Of a DNA stretch of 64,000 nt, positions 61,854 through 64,000 are shown piece by piece. A program made the position numbers and the translations under genes. The DNA is from Peribolospora baueri. Taxonomy: Eukaryota. The stretch is from assembly GCA_029717555.1 (NCBI GenBank), contig JAMDHS010000005.1:124001-188000 (forward strand). The letters run 5' to 3'. Numbering within the stretch: position 1 is the stretch's first letter; each line of letters opens with the position of its first letter. Under the pieces are notes generated by a model. That model did not search any database. It saw nothing but the letters and a program-made list of their open reading frames with translations, and had not been told where the DNA came from.

Positions 61854-62843
61854 CGTGGTGGTGTCGTCGTTGTTGTCTAGAAGGAAGTAGAGGCAATGTC
61901 CGGGAGGCGACGGCTGGGGTGAAGGTGCAAGAAGAGAGGAAGAGGGGAATGGGCAAGTGTGGTGCCGTCCACCGTCCCCTATAAGTAGCCCTCTCGGCCA
62001 CGGTCGCCGGCGCTTAAGGATGCACGTCGTCCGTCGATCGGTTCCGCGCCCCAACCAGGACCGCTCCGGTTTGTTCCACCACCGCACATCGACAACGTGA
62101 TCCACCTCCGCCTACACCTCGGAATGGAATGCTCACGTGAACGCTGTCTCTCCATGGTATTTCTTGTGCCCTGCAATTGCGTTGGAATGGCGTGAATGAC
62201 GCTCCGCAGATGTACGTCCACATGCCGACTGCCCCACGCCAGCGCAACAAGGCGGCCCATGCCGAACAAACCGACGCGGGACGCCATCATCGACATGCAG
62301 CGTCTCAGGCTTGCAGCCACTCGTCGCGCAGCAAGCTCGACGTGCTGTTGCTGACATGGGACATACCGAGTGCAGTGTTAAGGCCTGACGAGATCCCATA
62401 TGGCATTACTGGCATGCGTGCCCGAACAAACACAGAGCGCACAGTGAACATGATGAGGTCGAATGCAACGGCGAACGGACTCGCACTGCGCCCATACAAA
62501 CAAGACAGCGCAACCAGCCTGGAGGGCTTGGCTGTGAAGAGATCTTTCCTCCTTCATTTCACTGGAACAGCTCCGGCCACATGAAGGCCCCGCCCAGGCA
62601 ACGGTTTCACGAACGACAAGGTGGTGCGTACTGGGCACAGTTTAGCTTCCATTGCGCCGAGCTTACCGGTGACAAACGAACGGGGGCCCGGCGGCGGTCT
62701 CCATAGATCGGATGGAAAGCCGCTTCCCTCACACACAATATCTAGCATATTAACAGACACACGAAAATAATGTCACACGGGTCAATATAACTTAACGCTC
62801 CCAGTTGCTACAGTCTTCCTCGGTCAATCTCAACGCTTCGTGC

Positions 62844-63972
62844 TCAGCCAAGACGCAGGCCAAGGACGAAACCGGCAAGGAAGGAAGCGCGGGACTGGAA
62901 ATCGGCGGTGAGGAAGTGGATGGCCCTGTTCCAGATCCGCACAAGGGGCTGCAATAAGGGAAAAAGAAGAGAAGATTGATGATAGGTTTTCCAAGGAAGG
63001 CCGTTAGCATAACCGTTCCAATGGGCCAAAATCCGATACCACATCTCTACTCACCGGGTTCCCATGCCCCGCGACCTTCGCCCCTTCAGAGGCGCTCGAA
63101 GGCGCATCAGCCGGCCCGGCAGCAGCGTCAAGGAAACTGTTGTACCTCGAGCCGATGGCACTCCAGTTGATTTGCACGTATTTCTTTGACGCAAGGTATT
63201 GGAGAAGCACAAATGCGCCTCCCAGCAGGAATGCGAGTGCCTTAAGACCTTTCTTTACAAAGACACCCGCGCAGACGCCGCTGTAGCCAGTACGGAGTAT
63301 GTACCCGGTTCGACAACGAGTTGGACGGGATAGTGAGCGTGCGCACAACCCGGCTGCGTATGCTGGGCGCACCATACAGCAGCGGGAACGGGAAGGCTCA
63401 CCATACAGTGCCAAAACTCAAATCATATATGCTAACGATACTCTTGGGCTCGTCTCCTGTCGTTGGGAGGCCCTCACCTCCACCCAAGCTCGTGGGATCC
63501 GCCTTTGGCGAGCCCGGAGGAGGCGACATGTTGGAAGCTGACCCAAACGGGTAGTATGGGGAAATACATAAATGATGAGTCACTCATTTCACGTTCGTAC
63601 GCTTCTCTTAGCCTGGAAGAGAATCCACGAGTGGAGGACAAGCTCACCCATACAATCCACGCTTCCCTTCCACCAAGCGCTGGCTCCCATGAGCGCCGGG
63701 GCGCCGAGCCCAACGACAGCAACTTTCAGCGCTCCTCCCCACCTCCCACCCATTCTTGTCCTCTCTCGCCCAAACCTCCACCCATGACGAGCAGAGGAGC
63801 TCAGAAACGATTCGGCTGAGGGAGAAAGAGAGGCAACCGAGACAGTCGAGAGCCGAGCATGGCCATACGGGACGGCCCAGCGGGGAGCAGATAGCGAGGC
63901 GGCTGCACGCAGGACTCGGAGGGGAGATATGCCGACACCGGCTGCAGGAAGACGGGGTGCGAGGAAGGACAT
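62844..63972 (-). CDS. FUN14: FUN14-domain mitochondrial outer-membrane protein
   Basis: SIVSIYDLSFGTV|CGVCAGVFVKKGLKALAFLLGGAFVLLQYLASKKYVQINW..FLTADFQSRASFLAGFVLGLRLG*. Confidence 0.9.
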
Positions 63973-64000
63973 GAGTTGACAGAACGTTCGAGCTCGGAGC

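Noticed and set aside
62177..62584. 135-aa ORF between the LCB kinase and FUN14
   Set aside because: It has a non-ATG start and no recognisable domain, so it cannot be supported as a gene.

Overview
GC-rich, intron-rich eukaryotic DNA with GTGAGY donors and YAG/AAG acceptors. It is fungal, most likely a basidiomycete of Ustilaginomycotina type (inferred from gene content and intron style). Manual splicing gives 21 apparently intact protein-coding genes: 3' end of UBP14, glutaminyl cyclase/M28, NPR2, Cu+-ATPase CCC2, complex I 24-kDa subunit, a divergent TFIIB/BRF-family factor, RPS10 and RPS30 (head-to-head), a bZIP factor, NTAQ1 (not visible in the ORF track), ATG38-like, an inositol 5-phosphatase, an MFS transporter, a Ser/Thr-rich membrane protein, an NAD-dependent epimerase, an M20D amidohydrolase, acyl-CoA oxidase, an RTA1-like protein, a PIL1/LSP1-like protein, NIPSNAP, a sphingoid base kinase and FUN14. 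There is also an aldo-keto reductase pseudogene and one intron-containing tRNA-Thr(AGU). The most notable observations are a probable single-nucleotide exon (G27634) needed to build the conserved TYN motif of the 5-phosphatase, a BRF2-like rather than Brf1-like factor, an NTAQ1 with a ~100-aa insert inside its catalytic core, two GC-AG introns, a triplicated ~70-bp coding-like fragment in a divergent promoter, and a sharp AT-rich island. No CRISPR array or intact mobile element is evident. All exon structures were assembled by eye and family calls come from recalled motifs, without database searches.
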